Positions 20,295 through 30,179 are shown, counted from the first letter of the stretch. The stretch: DNA of 64,000 nucleotides from an uncultured Gemmatimonadales bacterium (GCA_963844035.1 CAWJMT010000035.1:64001-128000), one strand, 5' to 3'. Notes: generated by a model not told the origin, from the letters alone. Numbers and translations: made by a program.

Positions 20295-20684
20295 GTGACG
20301 AATCCTTCACGTGCTATCGCCCCTACAAAACTTCAGGCTCGCGGCTGGGCCCGCGTCGGCAAACGCGGGGCCCACCTGCTGCGCCGCGGCGCCTGGTACC
20401 CCGTCGTGCGGGTGTCCTCGAGCCAGATCGTGGTGCTCGACGTCAACCGGCGCAACGTGCCCGTTGACCGCCGCTTCCTCGAGATCCGCTATCATCCACC
20501 CGAGCGGTGGAGCCTGGTGCGGTGTGAGCCGCGGGAGCTGCAGCGCCTCGGGCGCAGCTTCCCGCTGACCTACGCGGTGTGTCCCAGCTGCCGCCACCGG
20601 CAGGCGTTCAATGGCGATGTGCGGGATCTCACCTGCGATCGGTGCCACCACCCGGCGCCGATGGCCTGGGATGAGTTGAGCTAG
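20295..20684 (+). CDS. Hypothetical protein with C-terminal C4 Zn ribbon, paralogue 1 (alternative start ATG 20214)
   Basis: GWAR..LRRGAWYP..WS.V..TYAVCPSC..CDRC..W; aligns along its length with the next ORF. Confidence 0.75.
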   Translation: MTNPSRAIAPTKLQARGWARVGKRGAHLLRRGAWYPVVRVSSSQIVVLDVNRRNVPVDRRFLEIRYHPPERWSLVRCEPRELQRLGRSFPLTYAVCPSCRHRQAFNGDVRDLTCDRCHHPAPMAWDELS

Positions 20685-20686
20685 AA

Positions 20687-20786
20687 GCGGGGAAGAGGGA
20701 AGGGGGAAGGGGGGAAGAGTGGCGACGCCGCTCTTCCCCCTTTCGCTTTACCCTTCCCTCTTCCCCCCTCTCCGTCCCTCGTCCCC
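20687..20786. repeat. Purine-rich/pyrimidine-rich short tandem repeats forming a long hairpin
   Basis: GGGGAAGAGGGAAGGG...GGGGGAAGAG / CTCTTCCCCC...CCCTTCCCTCTTCCCC. Confidence 0.65.
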
Positions 20787-20823
20787 ATCGCTGGCAAAAG
20801 TGCTATGATGTGTCCTCGCATCC

Positions 20824-21186
20824 ATGACAAAGCTGGGCTGGGCCAGGTGCACTGATAACGTGGCGGATGTGCTGCGCCGCGGCGCGTGGTACCCCATCGT
20901 GGAGGAATCCACGGACGGGCATCTCGTGGTCGAAGTGCGCGGTCGCGGGGTGCGGCTTGCGCGCGGCGACCTGACGGTGCGCCAGAACGCCCCCGATCGG
21001 TGGAGCGTCGTGGTCCGGACGGGCATACAGCGTGCCGCCCTGGACGGGCGGGGCAGGGAACTGCCAAGCACGTACGCGGTGTGCCCGCACTGCCAGGAGC
21101 GCCGGGACTTTGCCGGCGCCCCCCCGAGCCTCGCCTGCGCCCGGTGCGGCGCGACCTCCCCGGTGAACTGGTCGGAGACCTGCTAA
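20824..21186 (+). CDS. Hypothetical protein with C-terminal C4 Zn ribbon, paralogue 2
   Basis: GWAR..LRRGAWYP..WSVV..TYAVCPHC..CARC..W; extended -10 TGcTATGAT at 20801-20809. Confidence 0.8.
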   Translation: MTKLGWARCTDNVADVLRRGAWYPIVEESTDGHLVVEVRGRGVRLARGDLTVRQNAPDRWSVVVRTGIQRAALDGRGRELPSTYAVCPHCQERRDFAGAPPSLACARCGATSPVNWSETC

Positions 21187-21189
21187 CGG

Positions 21190-21316
21190 CAGGTGTCAGG
21201 TGTCAGGTGTCAGGTGTCAGCAAGACACTTGCGCCGCTCGGATGTGATTAGTATATTAATCATCAACATGTTAACTTCTCTCCCCCTGACACCCGACACC
21301 CGACACCTGACACCTG
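21190..21316. repeat. 31-bp inverted repeat made of tandem heptamers, flanking a 65-bp AT-rich spacer
   Basis: (CAGGTGT)4CAG at 21190-21220 versus CTGACAC CCGACAC CCGACAC CTGACAC CTG at 21286-21316; 29/31 complementary. Confidence 0.85.
21229..21262 (+). promoter_or_regulatory. Sigma70-type promoter with overlapping palindromic operator (likely MarR autoregulation)
   Basis: TTGCGC (21229-21234), 17 nt, TATATT (21252-21257); palindrome TGATTA-N6-TAATCA (21245-21262). Confidence 0.65.
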
Positions 21317-21778
21317 ATGTCTGACCGCTCCGAGCTTGCCCTGCAGCTCGCCGCGGCCGTGGCCGACGTCGATGCGGCCATCCAGCGGTCGGGGGACCGT
21401 GCCTACCGGACGTTTCACCTGTCCCACCGGGCCCACGCGGTGCTGTGCGCGGTGGACCAGGGGGGTGCCGACGGCGCCCGGCCCAAGGATGTCGCCGAGC
21501 AGCTCGGCGTGTCGCGCGCTGCCGCCACGACGTTCATTCAGCGCCTCGAGGCGAAGGGCTGGGTCGAAACCACGCCCGATCCGGACGACGATCGTGGTGT
21601 CCGGGTCTCCCTCACCCGGCGCGGCATGGAGGCCGTGTTGCGGGTGGGCCACCTTGAGCGACGCCTTGCCGCCCGCGCGATCGAGGGGCTGCCCGCATCC
21701 GCCATTCTGCGGACGGTGCATTTGCTGCAGCAGTTCAAGCGCCAGCTGGACGAGAAACACATCGCCGTCGTGCCCTAG
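21317..21778 (+). CDS. MarR-family transcriptional regulator
   Basis: Winged HTH: PKDVAEQLGVSRAAATTFIQRLEAKGWV..DPDDDRGVRVSLT. Confidence 0.9.
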   Translation: MSDRSELALQLAAAVADVDAAIQRSGDRAYRTFHLSHRAHAVLCAVDQGGADGARPKDVAEQLGVSRAAATTFIQRLEAKGWVETTPDPDDDRGVRVSLTRRGMEAVLRVGHLERRLAARAIEGLPASAILRTVHLLQQFKRQLDEKHIAVVP

Positions 21779-22073
21779 GCACAAGTGCGAATGTGCGTAT
21801 GTTTATGTTTCGAAACGACGGGTTTTTGGGCGCGAACCGTCGGAGATAGTACTTGAAGTCTCCGCTCTATCAAACCGCCCGGCAGTCAGTTAAGTCGATG
21901 AGCCGAAGCGCCGCCACGTCCCCAACGAGGGTGCTGGGCGCGCTCACGGGTTCCATGGTTTTCCACATCTCAGCCCCTATTCGGGCATGTGGATTTTCTA
22001 TCGCCAGCAGCGTCAGGTCACGGCGCCCGCCGTGCCGTCGCGCTGCTGACGGCGTGCCTGAAGGAGAGCTGAA

Positions 22074-23471
22074 TTGATTCGCCGAACCAAGATCGTTGCC
22101 ACGATTGGCCCCGCCACGGGGACGGACGAGGCGATCGCCGGGCTGCTCGAGGCCGGTGCCAACGTCGTCCGCATCAACGCCTCGCACGGCTCGCCGGAGG
22201 AGCGCGCTCAATGGATCGAGGCGGTGCGGGCGGCTGCCGACCGCACGGGGCAGCCGGTGGCGGTCCTGGTCGATCTGCAGGGTCCACGGATCCGCGTGGG
22301 CGATCTCGACGCCCCTCGCGAGCTGGAGCCGGGTCAGACGGTCACGTTCGCCCCTGAGGGGCTGGCCACGGCGCAGGAGATTCCGACCACCTACGTCGAT
22401 CTCGCGAAGGACGCGCGCGTCGGCGCCCGCATCCTGCTCGACGACGGGCTGCTGTCGGTGGAAGTGGTGCGCATCGTGCCGCCGCGCGTCGAGGGCCGCG
22501 TCGCGGACGGCGGCACGCTCAAATCGCACAAGGGGATGAACCTGCCGGGGCTGAACGTGAGCGCACCCGCACTCACCGACAAGGACCGCGAGGACGTGGT
22601 GCACGCCGTCGAGCACGGCGTGGACTACCTCGCGCTGTCGTTCGTGCGGCGGGCGGAGGATCTCGCCGAGCTGCGACGCCTCGTGCCTCCCACGGTCAAA
22701 CTGGTCGCGAAGATCGAGAAGGCGGCGGCGCTCCAGGACCTGCCCCGGATCCTGGCGGCGTGCGATGCCGTCATGGTCGCCCGCGGCGACTTGGGGGTCG
22801 AGCTGCCGTTCGAGCGGGTGCCGGTCGTGCAGAAGCGTCTCATCCAGGAAGCCAACCAGCGGGGCAAGCCGGTGATCACGGCGACCCAGATGCTCGAGTC
22901 GATGGTGCATCACCCGCGCCCGACGCGCGCCGAGGCCTCGGACGTCGCCAACGCGATCCTGGACGGCACCGACGCCGTGATGCTGTCGGCGGAAACGGCG
23001 GTGGGGGAGTACCCGCTCGAGGCGGTGCGCGCGATGGACCGGATCATCCGCGAGATGGAGCGCGAAGGGCCGACGCGCGACGAGCGTCGCCGGGGGACGA
23101 CGGGCGAAAACGTGTCCGCGGAGGACGCGATCGCCCTGGGGACGAGCGCGGTCGCCCGCATGCTCAAGACGCCGCTGATCGTCACGCTCACCAAGGGCGG
23201 GTTCACGGCGCGCAAGGTCGCGGCCCTGCGGCCGCCGGTGCCGATCCTCGCGCCCACGACCGAGGCGTCCACGTTCCGGCAGCTCGCCCTGGTGTGGGGT
23301 GTGACGCCGGTGCGCGTGAGTCAGGTCCCCGGCTACGATGCGATGCTGACCGTGGTGCGGGACCTGATCCTCAAGCGGGGCCTGGCCAAGACGGGGGACC
23401 GCATCGTGATGACCGCGGGACCGTGGGAGGTATCGGGGGCGACGAACCTCCTGAAGGTCGAAGAGGTGTGA
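22074..23471 (+). CDS. pyk: Pyruvate kinase
   Basis: RRTKIVATIGPA, DLQGP, AKIE, MVARGDLGVE, ATQMLESM, DAVMLSAETA. Confidence 0.97.
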   Translation: MIRRTKIVATIGPATGTDEAIAGLLEAGANVVRINASHGSPEERAQWIEAVRAAADRTGQPVAVLVDLQGPRIRVGDLDAPRELEPGQTVTFAPEGLATAQEIPTTYVDLAKDARVGARILLDDGLLSVEVVRIVPPRVEGRVADGGTLKSHKGMNLPGLNVSAPALTDKDREDVVHAVEHGVDYLALSFVRRAEDLAELRRLVPPTVKLVAKIEKAAALQDLPRILAACDAVMVARGDLGVELPFERVPVVQKRLIQEANQRGKPVITATQMLESMVHHPRPTRAEASDVANAILDGTDAVMLSAETAVGEYPLEAVRAMDRIIREMEREGPTRDERRRGTTGENVSAEDAIALGTSAVARMLKTPLIVTLTKGGFTARKVAALRPPVPILAPTTEASTFRQLALVWGVTPVRVSQVPGYDAMLTVVRDLILKRGLAKTGDRIVMTAGPWEVSGATNLLKVEEV

Positions 23472-23472
23472 C

Positions 23473-24255
23473 GTGCGGCTGACGTTTCTCGGCACTGGAA
23501 CGTCGTTCGGGATTCCGCAGGTGGGATGCAGGTGCCGCACGTGCACGTCGACCGATCCGCGCGACAAGCGCACGCGGGCGGCCGCGCTCTTCGAGGAGAA
23601 CGGTCGCCGCCTCCTGATCGACACGCCGCCCGAGCTGCGCCTGCAGCTGGTGGCCGCCGGGGTAGACGGGGTGGATGCCGTACTCTTCACGCACGCGCAC
23701 GCCGACCACGTGCACGGGATCGACGACCTGCGGGCGATCTCCGTCAAGCAGCCCGGGGGCGTGCCCGTGTATGGTCCGGCGGAAACGATGACCGAGTTGG
23801 CGCGGCGCTTCGAATACATCTTCGATCCGGCGGTGCGGGCGGAGGCGGGGACCACGAAACCCGAGCTGCGCGCGCACGCCCTCGAGCCCGAACGGGAAAC
23901 CGAGATCGCGGGCATGCGCGTGCTCCCGCTGCGGCTGCCGCACGGTCCCCACACGGTGTTCGGCTACCGCGTGGGACGCGCCGCCTACCTCACCGATGCG
24001 AAGACGATTCCCGACGCTGCGCGGGCGCACCTCCGGGGGCTCGACGTTCTGGTCCTGAACGCGTTGCTGTCACGGCCGCACCCGCTGCATCTGTCCATTC
24101 CCGAGGCGATCACGGCGGCGCAGGAGATCGGCGCGACCCGCACGTTCCTCACGCACCTGACCCACGAAACACCGCACGCCGACCTCATGGCACGCCTGCC
24201 GGCGGGGGTCGCCCCCGCGTGTGACGGCCTGGCCATCGAAATAGGCGCCGCCTAG
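23473..24255 (+). CDS. MBL-fold metallo-hydrolase (PhnP-like)
   Basis: LGTGTS.G.P..GC.C..C, THAHADHVHG, AYLTD. Confidence 0.9.
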   Translation: MRLTFLGTGTSFGIPQVGCRCRTCTSTDPRDKRTRAAALFEENGRRLLIDTPPELRLQLVAAGVDGVDAVLFTHAHADHVHGIDDLRAISVKQPGGVPVYGPAETMTELARRFEYIFDPAVRAEAGTTKPELRAHALEPERETEIAGMRVLPLRLPHGPHTVFGYRVGRAAYLTDAKTIPDAARAHLRGLDVLVLNALLSRPHPLHLSIPEAITAAQEIGATRTFLTHLTHETPHADLMARLPAGVAPACDGLAIEIGAA

Positions 24256-24282
24256 ATTCGTCCGCAAAACTGGGAGGATGCC

Positions 24283-24564
24283 ATGTCCGGAGCCGACGAG
24301 CACAAGGCGAGCGAGTGGGAGCCGGGTCTGGGGTCGTTCGTCCTCGGGGTGGCGGTCGGCGTGACGCTCGGCCTGCTGTTCGCGCGCGAAGACGGGGTGG
24401 CGTTCCGGGGGAAGGTGGCCCGCCGCCTGCGCGCGTTGCGGGCGCTGGCGGCGGAGCAGAGCCGGCGACCTCGGCGCCATGGTGATCGACGCGGGCCCGG
24501 CCGACGGAAGAGAAGTCCGGCGGGCGGCGCCGGCGGTCGTGATCCCGGAGGGCGGGTGGCATGA
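24283..24564 (+). CDS. YtxH-like small membrane protein (3' end uncertain)
   Basis: SFVLGVAVGVTLGLLFA..G..FR pattern. Confidence 0.55.
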   Translation: MSGADEHKASEWEPGLGSFVLGVAVGVTLGLLFAREDGVAFRGKVARRLRALRALAAEQSRRPRRHGDRRGPGRRKRSPAGGAGGRDPGGRVA

Positions 24565-25432
24565 CTCGGTCACCGGGGTCGGGCGGCGCACCCTCGAGGC
24601 GGCCTACGAGGACAATCTTCCGTTTCTCGCGGGTGCTCTCGCGTTCGACCTGCTGCTGACGAGCATTCCCTTCATCGTCGTGCTGCTCGCCGTCGCCGGC
24701 TATCTCGTTCACCACCAGATCACGACGCACCAGGTCAGCCTGCACGAGCTCCTCATCCGGTTCATTCCTACGAGCTCGGACGGCAGCGAATCGGGGGCGT
24801 TCGAAGCCGTGGAGCGGGTGCTCGCGTCCATGCTGGAACGCCGCGGCCGCCTCACGCTGTTCGGCTTGCCGTTGTTTCTGTGGTTCTCGACCCGGCTGTT
24901 CGGCGGCCTGCGCGCCGCGCTGAACGAAGTGTTCGACACCGACGAACGGCGGCCCTGGCCCGTCGCCAAGGCTGCTCGACCTGTTCCTCGTGTGTGTGGC
25001 GGGTGTGTTCCTGATCGCGAACGGAGTTCTTTCGGCGTACCAGGCGCGTAACGCCGAGATGATCAGCCACAATTTCTACGTGAGCTGGGTGTGGCGGCTG
25101 AGCGTCGAGACTGACCGCGTTCGCCCTCGGCATCGGCATGTTCTTCGTCGTCTTCAAGCTGCTGCCCGAGCCGCCGCATCGGGTGGCGCACGGCGATGGT
25201 GGCCGCCGCATTCTGCTCGCTGGGATTCGAAGTGGCGAAATGGCTCTATGCGTTGACGGTTGCCAAAGTCGTCACGTTCGACCGCCTCGCCTCCGATGCC
25301 AACGCCGTCGCGGTGTTTCTGTTTCTCCTCTGGGTCTACTACACGGCGTTCTTGTTTCTGCTCGGCGGCGAAGTCGCCGAGACCTACGACCTGATGCGCA
25401 TGCGCCGCGCCCAGCGGGTGCGGTTGGGGTGA
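24479..25432 (+). CDS. YihY/BrkB-family inner-membrane protein (several frameshifts; start uncertain)
   Basis: DNLPFLAGALAF..LL..IPF, GLRAALNEVF, FLLWVYYTAFLFLLGGEV in successive frames. Confidence 0.8.
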
Positions 25433-26454
25433 CCGCGATCGATCTCCGCTCGGACACGGTCACCAGGCCGTCGCCCGAGATGCGCCGCGCCATGGCCGAC
25501 GCCGAGGTTGGGGACGACGTGCTGGATCGCGATCCCACGACGGCGCGCCTGGAAGGGCGGGTGGCCGAGCTGCTCGGCATGGACGACGCGCTGTTCTTTC
25601 CTTCCGGGACGCAGGCCAATCAGACCGCCATTGCCCTGCTGACCCGTCCCGGCACCGAGCTGCTGCTCGAGGCGAACGCGCACCTGGTGCACTACGAGTT
25701 CGCGGGGGTCGCTGCCAACTGGGGCGTGCAGATCCGTCCGATCGCCACCCCCGATGGCGTTGCTCACGGGCGACCTGGTGCGCGGGGCGTTGCGGCCGGC
25801 TTCCCCGCACGTGCCCCGTGCCGCCGCCATCGCGGCGGAGAACACCCACAACGCGGCGGAGGCAAAGTGATGGCGGTCGAGGTGATGGCGGGCATCGCGG
25901 CCGCCGCGCGGGACGCCGGTCTGCCGCTGCACCTGGATGGCGCGCGTCTGTGGAACGCCGCCGCGGCGCTCGGCGTGCCGGTCTCGCGCCTCACGACCGG
26001 GGCGAGGACGGTCATGGTGAGTTTCTCCAAGGGACTGGGGTGTCCGGTCGGCTCGTGCCTCGCGATCCCGGCGGGTGAACGGGCCCGGGCTTGGGAAATC
26101 CGCAAGCGCTTGGGCGGCGGCATGCGTCAGTCGGGGATCCTCGCCGCGGCGGCCCTCTGGGCACTGGACCATAACGTCGCCCGGCTTGCGGACGACCACG
26201 CCAACGCCCGGCTGCTCGCCGAGCGCCTGGCGCGGTGTCCGGCGGTGCGCGCCGAACCGCCGCAGTCGAACGTGGTCATGGTCGATCTGGTGCGCGACGG
26301 TGAGACGGCAGAGGCGGCGGTTGGGAAGCTTGCCCGGGCCGGCGTGCTGGTGGTGCCGTTCGGTCCCAGGCGCCTGCGGGCCGTGACGCACCTGGACGTC
26401 ACGCGCCAGGATGTCGAACGGGCGAGCGACGTGATCGCGCGAACGCTCGCCTAA
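25429..26454 (+). CDS. ltaE: Low-specificity L-threonine aldolase (compensating frameshifts near 25760-25860)
   Basis: IDLRSDTVT.P, GDDV, SGTQAN, HLDGARLWNA, SKGLGCPVGS, GGGMRQ. Confidence 0.92.
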   Translation: MTAIDLRSDTVTRPSPEMRRAMADAEVGDDVLDRDPTTARLEGRVAELLGMDDALFFPSGTQANQTAIALLTRPGTELLLEANAHLVHYEFAGVAANWGVQIRPIATPDGVAHGRPGARGVAAGFPARAPCRRHRGGEHPQRGGGKVMAVEVMAGIAAAARDAGLPLHLDGARLWNAAAALGVPVSRLTTGARTVMVSFSKGLGCPVGSCLAIPAGERARAWEIRKRLGGGMRQSGILAAAALWALDHNVARLADDHANARLLAERLARCPAVRAEPPQSNVVMVDLVRDGETAEAAVGKLARAGVLVVPFGPRRLRAVTHLDVTRQDVERASDVIARTLA

Positions 26455-26493
26455 CCAACTACCCGCCCGCGGTCCGGGCGTTATCTTGGCCCC

Positions 26494-28233
26494 ATGTGCG
26501 CCGTCCGGATTCTCCGCCAACCGATGCCGCTCGCTCGCTCGATCCTGTGGGCGCCTCGGAGTGCGTCGCGGCCGGGTGACATGAGCAACCCGGTCTTCCT
26601 GGAGCAGTCGGCGCTGCAGGCGATGTACGAGCATCTGGCCACGCCCCCCGCGCCCGGCCAGGGCGTCCTGGGCTTCCTGCTCGGTGACCGCTGCGAGTGC
26701 CCGGTGTCGGGGGTGTCGTACAGCGTGATCGATGCCGCGCTCCGCCTCAACCAGACGATCTACAGCGACCGCAGTCGCGACGTGGTCACGCGGCTCTGGA
26801 AGCGCCTCGCAACACAGCTCGAGGAGCAACAGGCCCATTTGATCGGGTGGTACCACACGCACGCGCCGCAGCCGCTGGAGATGTCGGAGCACGACGTCGA
26901 AACCCAGGACCTGTATTTCGGCGAAGAGTGGCAAGTCGGCGTGCTCGTGGATACCGACTCCGAGACGCCGGCAGGAGGGTTCTTCCGCCTCGGTGCTGAC
27001 GACGCATGGGTCCGCACCCTGCAACCATTCTACGAGCTGCTGAACGAAGACTCGGTTCGCGCCGGTGGCAAGAAGCGATCGTTCATGACGTGGAAGAACT
27101 ACCGCGCCTACAACCCCCCGGCGCTGCAGCCCCGATCCGCGGCGTCCCCGGCGCCGGTCGCTCCACCAGCGCCTCCGCGTACCGCACCCCCTGAGGCGCC
27201 CGGGCAGGTCCTTGGCCTGGAGCAGACGTCGTACGCGCCCCCGCCGCCGCCGCCCCGAGTATCCCAGCCGGCGAAAGCGATCGAGTCGTGGCCGGAGGAG
27301 CCGCCGGGGATGGAGAACATGCCGCAGGCTGAGCTCGAGGAGCCCAGCCGCACCGACTTGGACGAGCCTTCCGAAGAGCAGGAGGCGGAAGCAGCAGAGG
27401 AGCAATCGGAGGAGCCGGACGAACAGGAAGACGCCGGCGCGTTGAAGTTCTTGAGCGCCGCCGAGGACAGTCCGCCCCCGCTGCCCACGCGGGCCGCGGC
27501 GCAGTCGCCGTTCCTTCCGCCGCCGTTGCCTCCATCCTTCCAGTCACCGGATGAGCCGCCCGCAGAAGCCGAACCCGAAGCGGCGCCTGACGAGGTCGAT
27601 GCCGCCTGGGCCGAAGATCGCGCGCTCGAGAGCGAGGCGCCGCAGGATGAGGTGCTCGAGCCCGGTGAGGAGGTACCGCCCGAGCCCGCCGCGAAGCCGC
27701 GCCGCGCATCCCGCGGCATCTGGCGAAAACTGGTGCGCGGCGCCGCGGTGGGTGCGGGTCTGCTGGTGCTGGTGGGCGCTGGCGTAGCGGCCTGGCCGTA
27801 TGTGCCGGGCCTGGTGCAGCGCTTGAAGGGGCTGGTGCCCGCGCGGCAACCGGGTGCGAGCGAAGACGCCGCGCCCCGCGCCGGCGGCTGCGCCGGCCCC
27901 CGCTCCGGCCGCCCCCCGTCCGGCACCGCCCCGTCCGGCGATCGCTCCCCGCGCGGAGTTCGCACCGCTCGACCAGGCGGCGGACTCGCTGGCGAGAGCG
28001 CTGCAGGCGTACGACGGACGCACGCGTCTGTTTGCGAAACGTCGCCTCGATTGCTTCGTGCTCAGTGCGCGGACTGGTTCGCGTCGAGCGCGCGGCCGCG
28101 AGCTACGGCATGCAGCGCAATGCGGTGCCGGTGGACGCTCGATGCAGGGCGCGGGGCTCGCGATCTCGAGCTGCGCGCCGGCATCGACTCCGCCAGCCGC
28201 CAGTTCCTGCGATCGGCGTGCGAGCGCTCGTAG
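26494..28233 (+). CDS. JAB/MPN-domain protein with Pro/Glu-rich linker, TM helix and exported C-terminus (frameshifts after about 27880)
   Basis: GVLGFLLG...IGWYHTHAPQPLEMSEHD = HxHx7SxxD; hydrophobic AAVGAGLLVLVGAGVAAW. Confidence 0.7.
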   Translation: MCAVRILRQPMPLARSILWAPRSASRPGDMSNPVFLEQSALQAMYEHLATPPAPGQGVLGFLLGDRCECPVSGVSYSVIDAALRLNQTIYSDRSRDVVTRLWKRLATQLEEQQAHLIGWYHTHAPQPLEMSEHDVETQDLYFGEEWQVGVLVDTDSETPAGGFFRLGADDAWVRTLQPFYELLNEDSVRAGGKKRSFMTWKNYRAYNPPALQPRSAASPAPVAPPAPPRTAPPEAPGQVLGLEQTSYAPPPPPPRVSQPAKAIESWPEEPPGMENMPQAELEEPSRTDLDEPSEEQEAEAAEEQSEEPDEQEDAGALKFLSAAEDSPPPLPTRAAAQSPFLPPPLPPSFQSPDEPPAEAEPEAAPDEVDAAWAEDRALESEAPQDEVLEPGEEVPPEPAAKPRRASRGIWRKLVRGAAVGAGLLVLVGAGVAAWPYVPGLVQRLKGLVPARQPGASEDAAPRAGGCAGPRSGRPPSGTAPSGDRSPRGVRTARPGGGLAGESAAGVRRTHASVCETSPRLLRAQCADWFASSARPRATACSAMRCRWTLDAGRGARDLELRAGIDSASRQFLRSACERS

Positions 28234-28296
28234 GTCCCGCCGCAGCGGCCCGGGAGCCGCTTGGCTGGAGGCTCGCCGTCCGGGTATCTTTCGTGC

Positions 28297-28393
28297 GCCC
28301 CAGGTCCGCAGGTCGTCCGCTCGTGAACCGCGTCAGGCCCCCGCAGGGAGCAGCGCTTAGCGATGTCGGTCGTCGTTGCGGGGTGCCTGGGGC
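28297..28393 (+). ncRNA. ffs: Signal recognition particle RNA (small/4.5S type)
   Basis: Terminal stem GCCCCAGG/CCTGGGGC; domain IV-like GTGAACCGCGTCAGGCCC..GGGAGCAGC; -10 TATCTT upstream; directly before dnaX. Confidence 0.9.
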
Positions 28394-28498
28394 AATTCTA
28401 GGCGGTCAGACGGTCAGGCGGATCGACGGTAGTGCATCTCGGGAGCTTGACCGTCGGTCCGTTCTACACGGCGACCGCCTTGCATTAGATTGCTCTCA

Positions 28499-30179
28499 AT
28501 GATCGCCCTCGCTCGTAAGTACCGTCCCAAAACGTTCGCCGACCTCATCGTGCAGGACCACGTGGCGACCGCGCTCCGCGGCGCCGTCGCGCAGACGCGG
28601 GTGGCCCACGGCTACTTGTTCGCGGGCCCGCGCGGCGTGGGCAAGACGACGGCGGCGCGCATTCTGGCCATGGCGCTGAACTGCGAGCGGCGGACGACCG
28701 CCGGCGAGCCCTGCGGCGTGTGCGATTCTTGCGCCCGCATCTGGACCGGCGCGGCGAACCTGGACGTGGTGGAGCTCGACGCGGCATCCAACCGCGGGGT
28801 GGACGACGCCCGCGATCTGCGCGAACGGGCGATGTACGCGGCCAGCGCGGAGGGGCGATTCAAGGTGTACATCGTCGACGAGGCGCACATGCTCACGCGC
28901 GAGGCGTGGAATGCGCTCCTGAAGATTCTCGAGGAGCCGCCGCCGCGCGTGGTGTTCGTCTTCGCCACGACCGAACCTCAGAAGATCGCGCAGACCGCCG
29001 CCCCGATCCTGTCGCGGCTGCAGCGCTTCGACTTCCGGCGCATCGGGCCGCAGGCGATCGTGCAGCGCTTGCAGCATGTGCTCGCCACCGAGGGCGTGAC
29101 TGTCGGGGAGGACGCGCTGCAGCTCATCGCGAGGAGCGCCGACGGCGGGATGCGGGATGGGCTGTCGATCCTCGATCAGGTGTTGTCCTTCGGTGAGGGG
29201 CCGGTCACGGCTGAGCGCGTCCGCGAGGTGTTGGGGCTGATTTCGGATGACCTGTATGGCGAGATGCTGCGACTCATCGCCGAGCGGGACGCCCCGGCGG
29301 TCTTCACGCTGGTCGATCGGCTCAGCGAGGCCGGGGCTGACATGGGCGAATTCGTCGGCGGCGCGGGCGAGACCCTGCGCGCCGTTCTGCTGGTGGGGCT
29401 GGGCGGCGAAATCGCCGGGATGACCGAGGGGTTGCAGGCGCTCGTCCGCCGCTACGCGCCCCGCCTGCCGCCCGCCGACGTGGTTCGGTTGTTGACCGTT
29501 CTGGGTGAGGTCGAGCGCCAAATTCGCTCGAGCGGGAACATGCGCCTGGCCGTCGAGCTGTTGCTGCTGCGGTGGGCGATGATGGACCGGACGGTGGAGC
29601 TGGCGGAGGTGATAAAGGCGCTGGGACGGGGACGGGGAAGGGGGACGGGGAAGCGGGAAGCGGGAAGAGGGAAGCGCCAAGGGTGAAGCACCATTGTTGC
29701 GCGACGCCGCACCTGCGACGCCGGTAACGAGTGCGACACCGGTTCCCCAACCGCCCGACCGCCCGACCGCCAGTCCGCCCGACGTTGGCCCCCTGACGCT
29801 CGATCGTCTGCGGAGTCTCTGGCCCCGGATCGTTGCCGATGCGCGCGCCAAGAGCCAGATGCTCGGCGCATTGATGGCGGCGACGGAGGTGGCGGCGCTC
29901 GACGGCACGACGGTGACAATTCGCCTGCTGCAGGAGAACGCCGTGCACGCCGAGGGCCTCGCGCGACAGCGGGACGCGCTCGCTCCGCTGGTTGGGCGCT
30001 ACGTGACCGAGCCGATCCGCGTCCAGGTGGCGGCGGCCGAGGGTGGTGCCGCGCCGCGCGGGCGGCCGGCGCGAATGACGGAAGACGGCGCGCGCGCGGA
30101 CCGGTTGACCGGTTTGCGGGCGAAGGATCCACGTCTCGATGCGGCGGTGGAGGCATTGGACCTGGAGCTGCTGGAATAA
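28499..30179 (+). CDS. dnaX: DNA polymerase III subunit gamma/tau (split at a G/A-rich repeat near 29620-29690)
   Basis: LARKYRP, GPRGVGKT, ELDAASNRGVDD, DEAHML, ATTE; the C-terminal domain is in ORF 29694..30179. Confidence 0.93.
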
